64,000 nt of DNA from Anthoceros angustus (taxonomy: Eukaryota > Plantae > Anthocerotophyta): assembly GCA_010909165.1 (NCBI GenBank), contig VJWM01000223.1, forward strand, positions 62,001-126,000, given 5' to 3'. This document shows positions 1 to 13,500 of this stretch, one piece after another. Positions within the stretch are counted from its first letter, which is position 1. Every line of letters starts with the position of its first letter. A program made the translations under genes and the position numbers. The notes below the pieces were generated by a model, which did not search any database, was not told the DNA's origin, and worked only from the letters and a program-made list of their open reading frames with translations.

Positions 1-1550
1 ATTGAGTTTGCCACCGCCCTCTGCAGCACAATGGAAAGACGTTGCCGAAAGAAAGCCACTACATAAGGAAAAGGGGAGACCTACCCCATTCTTACAAATA
101 TGGTAAGCCTTAGCACAACCCTTGATAAACTTCAAAAAATCCTTGCCCATGGCCCCATGATTGTCTTGATAGCAAAAGGAATGAACACATAGCCTTCCTG
201 CATGGGGGTGTGCTTGTGAGCCTTGGCAGTCGCACATCCCTCTGCCGCCTAGCCCGGAGGACTGAGGAGGATTGATGATGACATGCTCGTTGACGGTATC
301 CCGAGTAGGATCTGTTACAGCCACATTTGCAACATAGACCTAGTCCCATCTGCTAAAAAATAGATCAGCCTTGAGACACATGTCATCGAACAATGTAAAT
401 GGGCCCTCCCTGAAAGGAAAGAACCACTCTCTTTGGTCATTGAGAACATGACATCTCGGACGGCGTCATGTGTTGCGATACGCTACCCGCCAGTTGGACA
501 GTGAGCTAGGTGGGTTCAATTGTCGTCGAGGAGGGCCCCACAGCTATCAAACATAAGAGAACAAGCCAGAGGTTAGACTAGGCCCGGGTGGAATCTCATC
601 GTGGTAGAAAAAGAGGTCGGTGCGATTCGAAATGATTGGATGCAAGGACGGGCCAAAAGCTAGGAAATGGCTCCCTTTCCTGAGCAAGCGCGGGGACGAC
701 CTTTTGTGGATCGAGGAGTGGAGGAATCCAGGAGAAGAGCCTAATGCGCCTGCCCATACTGCTTCTCCTAGAGAGAGGCTTCAAGCGCCCTCTAACCATC
801 CCCGAGGAACAAGGAAAAGGGAGGCATGACCTCCTTGGCTTGTGCGGATAAGAGGCCCTTAGCCAGCCTTAAGGACACCTAGAGGGAGAAGGGCCCTTCC
901 TCAACGCCTGAGACAAAACCATTTAGCATGCGGATATTCCTAATTCGAAAGCGAGAGCCAAGATAGGAGCAGAGAGAGCCCAGATCCCTAAAAAGACCGC
1001 CGGCGCCGAGGCCTCTATGGCTAGTAGACCTGTGCCGCCAAAAGCGATAGGTAGGGATGCTTGTCGTCGTGCAAGATCCCGACAACGCATTGAAAGGTAC
1101 CTGGGTTGTTGATGTCCCCCAACACCTGTATGACATGTGGATCCCCTAATAGAGAGAGGTTGCCGATGTGAGCCAAATGCTCCTTCAGAGCAGCGTCCAC
1201 GTAATCTTGAATAAAATCCTTACACCCCCCTGAGACCCCTAAAAAGCGGAGTCCAGGCAAAAAAGCAATATGTTGAAGAGAGGGCATAGGTCCTGATAGG
1301 GACCAACCCTGCGCTTCGAAATCTTGACCTTCAAGCCACGACGTGAGAGCTCCCGGGAGAAGAGTTCGAAATCTTCGTTGACCTTATCCCCGGCCCTATG
1401 ATATGCATGTCATCTGCCACTGACGGAAAGAGACATTCCCGCACCAAGGAGGCAAATGTGACATAGCCATGAAGTGCGCCATGGCAAAGAGGGCACCCCT
1501 CATGGGATCCCCCTCGTGCCTATCACGGAGTCAAGCATGTAGTCCACTGA
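1..1550 (-). mobile_element. Degenerate, 5'-truncated CRE-like non-LTR retrotransposon (RT + CCHC knuckle + restriction-like endonuclease)
   Basis: Minus-strand fragments in broken frames. RT motifs: 'RHEGDPMRGALFAMAHF' (~1475-1525) and 'FPSVADDMHIIGP' (~1390-1430). Thumb region: 'GLRFLGVSGGCKDFIQDYVDAALKEHLAHIGNLSLLGDPHV'. Zn knuckle and RLE entry: 'HLAHCPTGG*RIATHDAVRDVMFSM' (~435-515). RLE end: 'FIPFAI' (~170-190). Contains stops and frameshifts. Confidence 0.75.
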
Positions 1551-1560
1551 GGGACATTTA

Positions 1561-1668
1561 TGACAGTAACCGTTTTTGTAATTTCAGATGTAACACTTTG
1601 CTCACAATCATGGATAGTAACCATTTTTGTGATTTGATATGTTAAACTTTGCTCACAGTCATGACAGA
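1561..1668. repeat. Short imperfect tandem duplication (~51-bp unit x2)
   Basis: 'agtaaccgtttttgtaatttcagatgtaacactttgctcacaatcatg' is followed by 'agtaaccatttttgtgatttgatatgttaaactttgctcacagtcatg'. Confidence 0.6.
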
Positions 1669-1950
1669 CAACAGGGGTCATTAGGAAGTAGATGAATTGC
1701 TCCCTAGTGGTGACTAGCCAAGATGCCTTGGATGCACTCGCCGCTTCGTTTCCGAGCTTCCTTCAGCACTTTATCTCAGTTCAGGGTAAGGGGCATTCAC
1801 ATTCGGAGATTGGCACAAGTACAGAGATGATATTTGCCTGGATGTTATGGAAACCTCTCGCATTCGAGGTACATACGTGACAATCTAACTTGAGTTCAGA
1901 CAAACTACGTAACCAGCATTTGTTCCAGCACCATCCGATGCATAACCTAA

Positions 1951-4296
1951 CTAGTCGTCATTTGCTCCAAACTCTGTTGAGTTCCCGTTCCAGTATGCAT
2001 TGCCACCCCGTCGAGGTTCCTCCCCATCATCCTGCAGCGTATGAATATTGCTCCCAGGCCCCCGTCCTACTCCAGCAACCCTGTTTCCGCCCTGTGGAGG
2101 GGAAGTTGCATCTGTGGATAGGTACAACCAGACACCAATTGTCAGTGTGTGTAGAAGAAGACTTCTTCCCTCCCATATGTGTACCTTCCTCTCGAGGGCC
2201 ATCGAGCTACTGTCAAGAGATACATTGATACCTTCAAGAGAAGTGTGACCAGATCCTTCACGGCTAGGAGCTCGGAGGTATGCAAGAGGATTGAAATATG
2301 AGAGAAGCCTCCACAGGATTGATGGCTGGTTTGTTTCAGGTGCTTGGCTTCTGTCACTTGCAGCTGGAGTGCTGGTGGAAGTTTTCCGATACCTGGGAAT
2401 AACCATCAAACCATCACGAGGCCCAAGTTTCAACTCCACCAGGGTCTTATGAAGATCTGTGCAGCGGGCAACAAATTGATCACAAAGTAGTCAGTAGGCC
2501 TGTCAGACCACAACCGCTGCAGGAAAGGAGCACTACATTTCACATCACCACCCTAACCAGGCAAATGCTAGAGATTATGATTACCATTGTCAGAGAAGAC
2601 TTTCACCGGGAAACGAATGGCCAGTTCATAAGGTGTCTCTGTCCATTCCACGTCCACTCTGTCTTTCACCTTCAGCAGAAAGTCGGTATTCTCAAACTCC
2701 TCCTGCATCATTTTCCCATCGGGCAGCCGAATTGCAAGCCAGATCTTGTTGGTTGCTTTGACCCCTGCAATTGTTCTTGAGTCAACGACTCCAAGTCCAG
2801 TGGTACTCCCTGCTTCTTCATAGGAAGAAGCTCTCACTAAGCTCTCTCCGTGAACCTCCCCAGGAAGGACGCTCAAGCCACTTGCAAGTATACTCTGGTC
2901 ACGTCCTAACACAGGTGCTCTTTCCTGAGAATTTGCTTCAGGTAGACTGGAGACCGCTACAGTTGCTGCTTCTGCAGCACAGATCACTTCTAATTTTTCG
3001 GAAGGAGAACCGTCACCAAGGCTTGAGGGCTCGGGGATAGCTGCTGAGTCTGCTCCATGGACACTGGACGATCTACGTCGGTCTTCAATTTCCACATTAG
3101 GTGATGTAGACAAGAGTGTGGAACGAGGTGTCAAATTCACAGAGGAGAGCATTGCCATCATGGCACTTGCGGCAGCAGCACTCCGGAACTGTGGAATTTG
3201 CAACCAAAGACATGCATTTCAACATCTTCATGGGGTTGCACAGAAAGTACAAGCAACCACAGGGAGGAAATGGCCACCTGCAAGGTGCTTTTCGCATCCT
3301 GAACAAGCTTCAAAAACTCCTCTGCTGTCACATGTCCATCTGCAACAGGCCACAGGACACACAACACGTTACTCGCATCCAGTTCACTACTAGAAACGTC
3401 GAAAATGCTCCACGTTTTAGAACCAAGCTCGCGATGCTGTCATGCAACTTGGATGCAACTGTGTATGCTCATCAGCATGCATGCAAAGATCAAACTATTT
3501 CCAACCTTTCTGTCCAATACATGAACCATCGTGCCCGACCAAAGTAATACTCGGAACACCACGGATTGGATCTTGTATGGAGTCAAGGCCACTGCTAATT
3601 CAAAGACATTACACCTGAGCGGAAGATGCAAAGTAAACATCCAAAAGAGCAAGATGGAATGTCATGGGGACGAGCCTCCGCCTGTGACTAGACAAGCAGG
3701 AAAGCAGGAAGGATACATAGGGACGAAAAGCTGTTAGCATCACGGCTGCCCTCTTCTAATCGGAGGGCGATGCATTCCTCCCGCACGCATTTAACAACCT
3801 GCTAGCAAACAATGTCAAGTGCGAATTTACAAGGACGCGCACTCCCAGGACGTGAGACAACTCACAACACCATTCTCACCTCGCTGTCTATCCAAGTTTG
3901 CTCCAACCGTTTGGACAACTCGTCTGATCCTGCAACCAGCATGCATCACAAGCCCCAAACAGTTCAGCACCATGTTCTAGGTAGTCAAGCGTCGGAACCT
4001 CCGCAGGACATAACAGTACCTGCAACGTACACCACAAGGATCTTCTGTCCAAGCTTTGCAGCATCAACAGCATGGGGAATGAGTCCCGTGAAAAACACAG
4101 AGGGTGCAGCCTCGGATTGATTGCTGCTAGCTCCATCCTGCCAAATCAAGTTGCTTAATAAGGCCACAGAAACCACCCCTGTTGCAGAAGCTGCTGAGGC
4201 ACATCGATACCTCCACCGATTGTCAAGTTGCAGAGAAAATAAAAAGTGAAAACTTACCCCGGTGCTGCCATTTGCTCCGCCTGATTCCTCCACCAT
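1951..4296 (-). CDS. Plant UBX-domain protein, UBXN4/PUX11-like (CDC48/p97 adaptor), multi-exon
   Basis: N-terminal 'FFTGLIPHAVDAAKLGQKILVVYVAG'. UBX domain 'IWLAIRLPDGKMMQEEF...ELAIRFPVKVF' continuing in 'ELKLGPRDGLMVIP'. C-terminal 'NAYWNGNSTEFG' motif typical of UBXN4. The start at 4296 is inferred from an in-phase GT-AG intron (~4257-4139). Stop at 1951-1953. Confidence 0.8.
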
Positions 4297-4943
4297 CTCC
4301 GCCGCAGCAAGAGTATGGAACGTTCAGCCCAAGTGGAGAAGACAACGAGGGCAAGCAACCGAAGTGTAGATGAGGCGCAGGAACGTGCACGTTTCCTAGG
4401 TGCAAGGATGTTGAGCTTCTAAATGTAAAGGACGTCGAATTTACTACCAAATTAGGACGGGGAGCTGCAGCCACATTGTCGAGACTGGAGGAAGGAGCGC
4501 TTGCAGCAAACACTTTTTTAGGGTAGAGGTGCTGTAAAGGATTGTCGACTGTATCGCTGGCAAAGTAGCGGCTCGTTGTGGCATCAGGCATGGCAATGTC
4601 CATTCAAGGTGGTTCTCCATCTGGACCTGCTGTTTGAGACTGTGACATGTGGATCCTGTGGCTGCTCTCTTGCTTGCCTGAGATTTTGGAGTTGAGAGCA
4701 GCCCTGGGAGTGATGATGGCAGCTCATACATACCCCGCGACTGCGCTAGGGGCTATGTCGTTGGTAGAAATTGTGATGATCTGCACATGCTAGAGCTGTG
4801 GTGGACGCTAATGTTTGTTCATGTGCACGTACTTGGTGTGGCGGATTGGTGGCTGCGATTTCAACCTCTGAATTGACAGTGTGAGTTACTCCCCCTAGGT
4901 TGAAGGTCGTCCATCCATCGCTGCTTGTAGAGATTGTGGAAAC

Positions 4944-5626
4944 ATGGAGGACTGGGGAGCTTACGCTCGTGCTTGCTTCGGCCCATGCAGGCTCGCGGGT
5001 TTGGCGTTCATGTTTTCTGTGGGCATCCTCATGCAGATTTTGGTAAGAGGCGCGATTTGATATCCATTTTCTGTCTCTGTCAGGCTCTTACCGCGCTAAC
5101 TAGATATGCTTGATCACAGGGTTGCGCTTTGTACGACAATTGGTGGCCCATGCTAACAGGTGCACTGCAGCCTACATGTGATGAATTTACTCAGTTGTTG
5201 CAGGCGGCCTTCTTGTTTGCCTTCAGAATCCCTCACTTTCTGTGTGTTTGCAGCTTTGATGTATGTGATGGTCCCCATGCCGTGTTTATTCTTCGGGGGA
5301 GCCTCGGATACGGACTTCATCAGCGTGGCTGATGGTGGAGAGTAAGTGTCGTTTTGATTGTAAAACATTCTCTGTGTCGATGCCGTGGAAAGCAGGAATG
5401 CATTACAGATGTGTGACGAGACTCGATGATTTTTGGTGGCAGTTGGGCAGACGCCGCCAAATTCCTGACAGGTTTCTCTGCTGTGGGAAGCATAGCCATC
5501 CCGGTCATATTACGGCATGCCGATCTTATTAAAACGGGGGCTATGGTTATTGAGTTGTCCTCCTTTGCTGTGCTTTTGGCCACAATTTTCCTGTACCAGC
5601 GAGTCAGTAGAGAAGAAGAATGGTGA
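4944..5626 (+). CDS. VPS55: Vacuolar protein sorting 55 homologue (OB-RGRP/LEPROT family), 4 exons
   Basis: Spliced exons: MEDWGAYARACFGPCRLAGLAFMFSVGILMQIL | GCALYDNWWPMLT | ALMYVMVPMPCLFFGG... | WADAAKFLTGFSAVGSIAIPVILRHADLI...EEEW*. Confidence 0.92.
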
Positions 5627-5991
5627 CAAGCTGTGCAGTTTTGTATTTTATCACATCACTGTAATATCAAAATGAGGACGTATGTGTGATTAGCAGGTCC
5701 ACAAATTCCTGCGTACCAGCGCCAACCCTCTTGTCCTAACTCTGCAGTGTGTCCTACGAAAACAGCTTCTCCGGGGTGTGCAAGTTTGCTGGTGTTTCAA
5801 ACCGTTTGCACCGTTCCAAGAACTTGGATTCCATAAAAATTTGGAGTCGTGCTTGAGCCTGGAGTTGCTGGTGCAAAACACTTCTCCACAGCCTACAGTC
5901 AAGCAAAGGACAACAATATGTCGCTGAGGACATTTGGATCCGAGATTTGGTAGGAAGAGCAAGCAACAATGTGGTGAGTACACCTACCTAC

Positions 5992-6333
5992 CTAGGAAGC
6001 AGGCGCAGGAGCATCTGTGGAAGCCTCGGATTTGTCTTGTACTTGGACGTCGAGGTCGGAAGTGTCGAGGCCCCAGATAGGAGGCGGCTTGCGCAGCTTG
6101 GGGTAGACGGTCGGACCCTTGCGATTCTTATCGTAGGGGTTGTGCTTCTTGGGACGCGTCTTCACATGATGCGCCGTCGCCTTCTTCTGTGGCCGAGACG
6201 AGCATTCTATCCGGAGGGGGCACGCCGGACTGGAACTGGAGCTGCTGCTGCTGGAGCTTGCACTCGTGGTGGCTGCACTAGGCAGGCGAGTCAGGGAGAG
6301 CGACAAGAGCGAGGAGGCGAGCGCCGTCGCCAT
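5992..6333 (-). CDS. PSRP6: Plastid-specific 50S ribosomal protein 6 (cL38) with Ser-rich transit peptide
   Basis: Ser/Ala-rich N-terminus followed by 'IECSSRPQKKATAHHVKTRPKK...GPTVYP', the PSRP6 signature. Intronless. Confidence 0.9.
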   Translation of the reverse strand: MATALASSLLSLSLTRLPSAATTSASSSSSSSSSSPACPLRIECSSRPQKKATAHHVKTRPKKHNPYDKNRKGPTVYPKLRKPPPIWGLDTSDLDVQVQDKSEASTDAPAPAS

Positions 6334-6829
6334 GCTTGCCGGTCGGTAGAAGTCTCAAATCCACGATAGTGGCCGTCACTCGCTCTCTGAAGCCGGATAA
6401 GATCCAGTGCCGTGCCCTTTATAGAGGCGTAACTGATGGATGTTTATGTGCCGCAAAACTCCACAAATTTTGAGAGTTAATAAATGATTTCAACTTTGTT
6501 CAGCGACAGATCGGTTGTGTATGTTGCATCCTTGCAATGTCTGTAGGCTACCTGTTTGCAAGCACATAGCTAAGAATTATGTTCATGGCTGGTCGAGGAG
6601 GAGCCAAATTGCACACAAGTCCTGCCAGCTTTGAGAGCCCGGTTGGTTTTCAAAATGCCTCCTCAACCAGCCACCTGGCTCGCAAAGCTGGCTGGCTGGG
6701 CTTGTGTGCCACCAAGAAATTCTCGCCTCCTCATCCCGAATTTGTATCCTGTCACCTTGATTTTGTACACCAGGCTGGGCTGAACGAAAGTCTCGCCTGG
6801 GAGCACGGAATTGGGACAGATTGGAGGTG

Positions 6830-9800
6830 ATGCTCGTGCTGCAGCACCAGCAGCTGCAGCTGCTGGCATTTCCGGATTCAGGCAGCGTGGTTCTAAAGCA
6901 GCAGCAAGCGTTACTGGTGCAGCCAAGGTGCAGCTTGGTTACGGGACATGGGTTGTCACGTTGTGCTGGAGGTGCAGGATCCTGTACCACTGCCACTGAA
7001 GGGATTGCTCCACAGGAGCTCTTGTGGCAGCGCTTAGGGATAACGAGGCCAGGACGTGATGTGGGAGTTTGCAGGGAGGAAATGTGTGAAGGGGTTGAAA
7101 GCTTGAGGCAGCGGTGTGAAGAGGGCGCGCTGAAGGAGGCTGTGGAAGCCTTGGTCCTCCTTGTGCAGCGAGGATGTGGTGTGGACAGCTCCCTGCTTTA
7201 TCGTGTTCTGAAAAAGTGCATGGCAGAACAGGACCTTGTTCTCGGAAGGCGTGTTCATGCTCTTGCTGTTGAGAACGGGTATGAATCAGACGCTTTCTTG
7301 GCTAATCACGTCATTGGAATGTATGCTTCTCATAGTAGGTTGGATGAAGCAAGGCAGGCGTTCAGGAAGGTGGCCGTGCCAAATGCCTACATGTGGTCCT
7401 CCATTATATTGGTGCATGCCCGGCACGGACAGCCCTCAGAGGCTATCAAGCTCTATCGGCAGATGCGAGACGCAGCTTTTGAACCGGACAATCATATATA
7501 TGTGGCAGTTCTAAAGGCATGTGCTGCTGCTGAAGATCTGGTTTCTGGCCAGGAGGTCCATGGCCATGTGCTGGGGAGCGGTATTCAGGCTGATGTCTTT
7601 GTTGGCAACAGTCTGGTGATCATGTATGCAAAATGTGGAAGCTTGGATGCTGCTCGCAGAGTCTTTGATGGCTTGTCCACAAGAACCGTGGTGACATGGA
7701 ATGCTATGCTTGGAGGATATGTTCAGCATGGACACTGTGAAGGAGCTTTGCGTCTTTTTTCAGAGATGCCACTGGTTGAAGCCAATCATGTTACATTCAT
7801 GCACCTTCTCCATGCATGTGTCAGTCTGAAAGCTTTGCACCAGGGAAAGCACCTTCATGCACAAATTCGGCAAAATGGACTAACGGCTGATGTTCTCGTG
7901 GGTAATTGCCTGGTGGACATGTATGCGAAGTGTGGGAGTTTGGAGGATGCTCGTAGTGTATTCGACAGCTTGCCCTTCAAGGACATCGTGACATGGAATG
8001 CCATGATCGTGGGTTATGCACAGCAGGGCCTTGGTCGAGAAGCTCTGGCTCTGTATGCACGCATGCAACAGGATGGCATGCCTGCGGCCGATCATGTCAC
8101 ATTCTCATGCCTGTTAAAGGCATGTGCCAGCATGAGAGGCCTCCATCGAGGGAAGCAACTTCATACACAGATTTGTGAACGAGCTCTGGAAGCAACCATG
8201 TCTGTCGGCAGCAGCCTGGTGGACATGTACTGTAAATGCGAGAGCTTAGAAGATGCTCGTAGAGTATTTGACAGATTGCCCACCACCGATGTGGTTACAT
8301 GGAATGCCATGATGGCGGGGTATAATCAACAGGGCCTCAGTCAAGAAGTGTTTGCTTTGTTTGATAAAATGCAACAAGACGCCACAATGCTACCTGATTG
8401 TGTTACCTTTGTGTGCCTTTTGCAAGCATGTGCTAGCATTGGGGCTCTACATGAGGGAACACAGCTTCATGCACACATTCAGCAACGAGGATTGGAAGGT
8501 GATGCAGTTGTTGCCAACTCCTTGGTGAACATGTACGCTAAGTGTGGGAGCTTAGAGGATGCTCGCAGTGTATTTGACAGAATGCGCTCAAGAGATGTTA
8601 TTGCATGGAATACCATGATTGCCGGGTATACACAGGAGGGGCTTACTCATGAAGCTTTGGCTCTTTACATGAGGATACAACTGGAGGGTACAACTCCAGC
8701 AAATCATGTGACATTTGTGTCCGTCTTGAAAGCGTGTACAAGCTTGCAATTTCTGCATCAGGGGAAGCATATCCATGCACAGATTCGTAAACGAGGCCTG
8801 GAAACTGATGTGTCTGTTGGTACCAGCCTGGTGGTTATGTACGCAAAATGTGGGAGCTTAGTCGATGCTCGCGAGGCGTTTGACCGATTGCCCACCAAAA
8901 CCGTGGTGACATGGAATGCCATGATTACTGGATATGCTCAGCATGGGCATGGTCACGAAGCTCTTGAGCTCTATGCAATTATGCAACTGGATGGCATGAC
9001 TCCGGCAGATCAGGTTACATTTATCTCTCTTCTGCAGGCATGTGCTAGCGCAGGAGCTTTGGAGCACGGGAAGCGGCTTCATGCACATATTCGGGAACAA
9101 GGACTGGAAGCTGACCTAGAGATGGGAAACTGCCTGGTGGGCATGTATTCAAAATGTGGGAGCTTAGTGGATGCTCGGCGAGTATTTGATGGATTGCCTG
9201 CAAGAGACGTGGTGACATGGACAAGTATGCTCACAGGGTATGGTCAGCATGGACTTGGTCAAAGAGCTCTGGCTTTGTATGCGGATATGCAAAAGGAAAG
9301 GATCATTGCAGCCAACCATCTGACTTTTGTGTGCCTCCTGAAAGCTTGTGCAAGTGTGGGAGCATTGCACCAGGGAATGGAGCTTCATTCGCAGATTCAT
9401 ACAGCAGGACTAGAAGCTGATGCACTTGTTGGCAACAGCTTGGTGGACATGTACTCAAAATGTGGGAACTTAGGGGAAGCCCGTAGAGTGTTCGACAGAC
9501 TGCCCAAACGAGACCTGGTAACGTGGACAACGATGCTTAATGCGTATGCTGAACACGGTGATGGTGAAATGGCAGTGCAGTGCTTTGAAGAAATGCGTCA
9601 GGAAGGTGTCGCACCCGATGGAACTACTTTCAACTGTCTTCTCGTGGCATGCAGCCATGCAGGCCTTGTGCACGAGGGCCAGCAGTATTTGAAGATAATG
9701 GTGGATGACTATGGCATCGAACCCACAGATTATCACTACAGTTGCATGGTTGATCTCCTTGGCCGCTCAGGCTGCCTGGACGAGGCAGAAGGTCTGTTAC

Positions 9801-10425
9801 AGACAGCGCCGCTTAACAATTACGCTGTGGCATGGACATCCTTGCTGAGTGCCTGCAAGAACCACGGTGATGCAGAGCGTGGGGAGAGATGCTTTGACCA
9901 CCTGGTGAGACTGGAACCCGACAACGCAACTGCCTACATTCTCCTGGGCAACATCTACGCCAATGCAGGCAGATGGAAGGACGTGGACAGGACAGAGAGG
10001 TTGAGGAAGGCCGGGCACGCCATGAAGAAGCCCGCAAAGGCATGCATCGAAGTGAGACATGAAACCCATGAGTTCACCGTCGGGGAAGAGGCGCGACATT
10101 TCCTAAAGCTGACAAACATGAACGCAAGGTTGAAGGAGGAGGGAGGCCACGTTCCGCAAACTGAACTGGTCTTGAAGTCAGTGTCCGAGCAGGAGAAGGA
10201 AGATGCACTGTGCGGACATGCTGAGAAGCTGGCTCTCGCGTACGGGCTCCTGAACACGCCAGACGGCACAACTTTACTGGTCACCAAAACCTTCGTATGT
10301 GCAGCGACTGCCACAGTAGCACCAAGATCATGTCTCGACTCGAGAAGCGAGAGATCGTAGTCAGAGACACTCATAGAATCCACAGTTTCAGAGATGGGGC
10401 TTGCTCATGTGGGGATCGACTCTGA
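6830..10425 (+). CDS. PLS-class PPR protein with E1, E2 and DYW:KP (KPAxA) domain; candidate organellar U-to-C RNA editing factor
   Basis: 26 L/S/P motifs ending P2-L2-S2, then E1, E2, '[10 protein letters not shown]' and '[11 protein letters not shown]'. This copy loses frame at an A-run (~10286). The copy at 13893-14417 shows the intact end '[11 protein letters not shown]...[14 protein letters not shown]'. First ATG at 6830; intronless; corrected stop at 10423-10425. Confidence 0.92.
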
Positions 10426-10590
10426 TGAGGGTGTGGACAATCCTGGAAGCCCAAGGGAACACGAGGTTACCCTATGTCAGCATCGGGGACTGTTGGGAAC
10501 GCTTTCTCCGAGACGCGTGCGCTTTGATAGCAGCCTACAGTGTTGCATTATCATGGCAACATCTCGAAGCGTTGCCGTCCATCAAATCTG

Positions 10591-13500
10591 TCGTGACATG
10601 GACAAGTATGCTCACAGGGTATGGTCAGCATGGGCATGGTCACGAAGCTCTTGAGCTCTATGCAATTATGCAACTGGATGGCATGACTCCGGCAGATCAG
10701 GTTACATTTATCTCTCTTCTGCAGGCATGTGCTAGCGCAGGAGCTTTGGAGCACGGGAAGCGGCTTCATGCACATATTCGGGAACAAGGACTGGAAGCTG
10801 ACCTAGAGATGGGAAACTGCCTGGTGGGCATGTATTCAAAATGTGGGAGCTTAGTGGATGCTCGGCGAGTATTTGATGGATTGCCTGCAAGAGACGTGGT
10901 GACATGGACAAGTATGCTCACAGGGTATGGTCAGCATGGACTTGGTCAAAGAGCTCTGGCTTTGTATGCGGATATGCAAAAGGAAAGGATCATTGCAGCC
11001 AACCATCTGACTTTTGTGTGCCTCCTGAAAGCTTGTGCAAGTGTGGGAGCATTGCACCAGGAATGGAGCTTCATTCGCAGATTCATACAGCAGGACTAGA
11101 AGCTGATGCACTTGTTGGCAACAGCTTGGTGGACATGTACTCAAAATGTGGGAACTTAGGGAAGCCCGTAGAGTGTTCGACAGACTGCCCAAACGAGACC
11201 TGGTAACGTGGACAACGATGCTTAATGCGTATGCTGAACACGGTGATGGTGAAATGGCAGTGCAGTGCTTTGAAGAAATGCGTCAGGAAGGTGTCGCACC
11301 CGATGGAACTACTTTCAACTGTCTTCTCGTGGCATGCAGCCATGCAGGCCTTGTGCACGAGGGCCAGCAGTATTTGAAGATAATGGTGGATGACTATGGC
11401 ATCGAACCCACAGATTATCACTACAGTTGCATGGTTGATCTCCTTGGCCGCTCAGGCTGCCTGGACGAGGCGCACGGCAGGTGGATTCAGATCCGACTCT
11501 CATCTGCTGGCATTGCCAGGCCAAGGTCGGGGACGCCGTGTGCGTCAATTGCCCGCAGAAGCACACCAAGCGGGCCAAGAGGTTACCCTATGTCAGCATC
11601 GGGGACTGTTGGGAACGCTTTCTCCGAGACGCGTGCGCTTTGATAGCAGCCTACAGTGTTGCATTATCATGGCAACATCTACGCCAATGCAGGCAGATGG
11701 AAGGACGTGGACAGGACAGAGAGGTTGAGGAAGGCCGGGCACGCCATGAAGAAGCCCGCAAAGGCATGCATCGAAGTGAGACATGAAACCCATGAGTTCA
11801 CCGTCGGGGAAGAGGCGCGACATTTCCTAAAGCTGACAAACATGAACGCAAGGTTGAAGGAGGAGGGAGGCCACGTTCCGCAAACTGAACTGGTCTTGAA
11901 GTCAGTGTCCGAGCAGGAGAAGGAAGATGCACTGTGCGGACATGCTGAGAAGCTGGCTCTCGCGTACGGGCTCCTGAACACGCCAGACGGCACAACTTTA
12001 CTGGTCACCAAAACCTTCGTATGTGCAGCGACTGCCACAGTAGCACCAAGATCATGTCTCGACTCGAGAAGCGAGAGATCGTAGTCAGAGACACTCATAG
12101 AATCCACAGTTTCAGAGATGGGGCTTGCTCATGGGGATCGACTCTGATGAGGGTGTGGACAATCCTGGAAGCCCAAGGGAACACGAGGTTACCCTATGTC
12201 AGCATCGGGGACTGTTGGGAACGCTTTCTCCGAGACGCGTGCGCTTTGATAGCAGCCTACAGTGTTGCATTATCATGGCAACATCTCGAAGCGTTGCCGT
12301 CCATCAAATCTGTCGTCCTTGGGAAGGGCGCGCCGACTTCCTCGTGTGAGTTCTTCAGCGCGAGACGTTGATAAAACCTTGAAACCTCATGAGGGCGGGA
12401 AACAGTTTGGGTGTTCGGGTCCGAGATGGGATTATCAATTCATCCTCTGTTAAGGGACTTTGTGCTACAGTATGCGAAATCAGCACTATCTACTCCAAGG
12501 GCAGCAATTGGTGAAGCAGTGTGTTTGTGCTGTTTGTTGGGTAGGTTCGAAGTCTAACCGCTGGGGTTACTATCCGACGGTCGAGAAAATGATGCAACAC
12601 GAGAGGCGTGCTGGAAGGGTAGGTTGCCAGGTGGGTCGGAGCCAAGGGGTGGGCGCCGGGCGGTACACGTGTTTACAAGGCCGAAGCTGGAGAGGGAGGG
12701 GAAGAAGGGAAAGCAACTTGAATCAAGAAGAAAGAACGAAGTGATGAGGCCACCTACATGTACCTACCGGCTACCTATTCTACCTACCAACGTACCTACC
12801 CACCAAGCGTACCTGGGCTGGCGCAAAGGTCGCATGTGCCGCAGCTTCTTGGTGCAGGGTAGGTGCAACTGAAGCCCAGCGGGAGCGGGGCATAAGAGGG
12901 TGAGGGACCGAGTCCCGCTTTCCTGTCTGTCCCGCTGCACGTGGCCTGCCTTGCCCGCTCGGCCCTGCCCTGCCCTGCCCTGCTTTGCCCTGGCCCCTGG
13001 CTGGCGCCCGGGCCTGCACTGCTCTGCACATTGTCCCTCGCATTCGCCTGTGTGTCGCAAAGCCACGCTCGTTGCTGTCCGCTGCCATACGAAGAGCAAG
13101 AGCAAGAAGAGCAAGGGAAGACGAGACGGGTGGTGTGAAGGAGAAGAAGGAGAAGAAGACGAGACGCGAATCAATGCGCATGGCGTCTCAGCCGCAGCCG
13201 CAGCCGGAGCCTCAATTGCAAGAAGAAGCAGCGCTGTGCTGGCCGAGGAGCGCGAGACGGCGTGAGGCAGCTCGGGGAGCAGGAGCAGGAGTGGGAGTGG
13301 AAGACGGAAAGGGAGCTCGGGAGGGAGGATGGATGATGCCGTCGCCGGCGCCCGACCGCCGGCTTCCTTCCTCATCGACCTGGACTTGTGGAACAGGTTC
13401 AACTCGGAGCTGCGAGCCGCGTGCCACTGGTGCACCACCACACCACCACGCCTGCGGAGGCCGCCAAGCAGCTGGAGCGCGGGGAGAACCGCGCGACTGG

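Noticed and set aside
4223-4603. 126-aa ORF as N-terminus of the UBX gene
   Set aside because: Out of phase with the splice-supported first exon starting at 4296; probably 5'UTR or promoter sequence.
10280-10360. PPR gene as a pseudogene with truncated DYW
   Set aside because: The frameshift is a single-base homopolymer loss, and the copy at 14276-14417 is intact.
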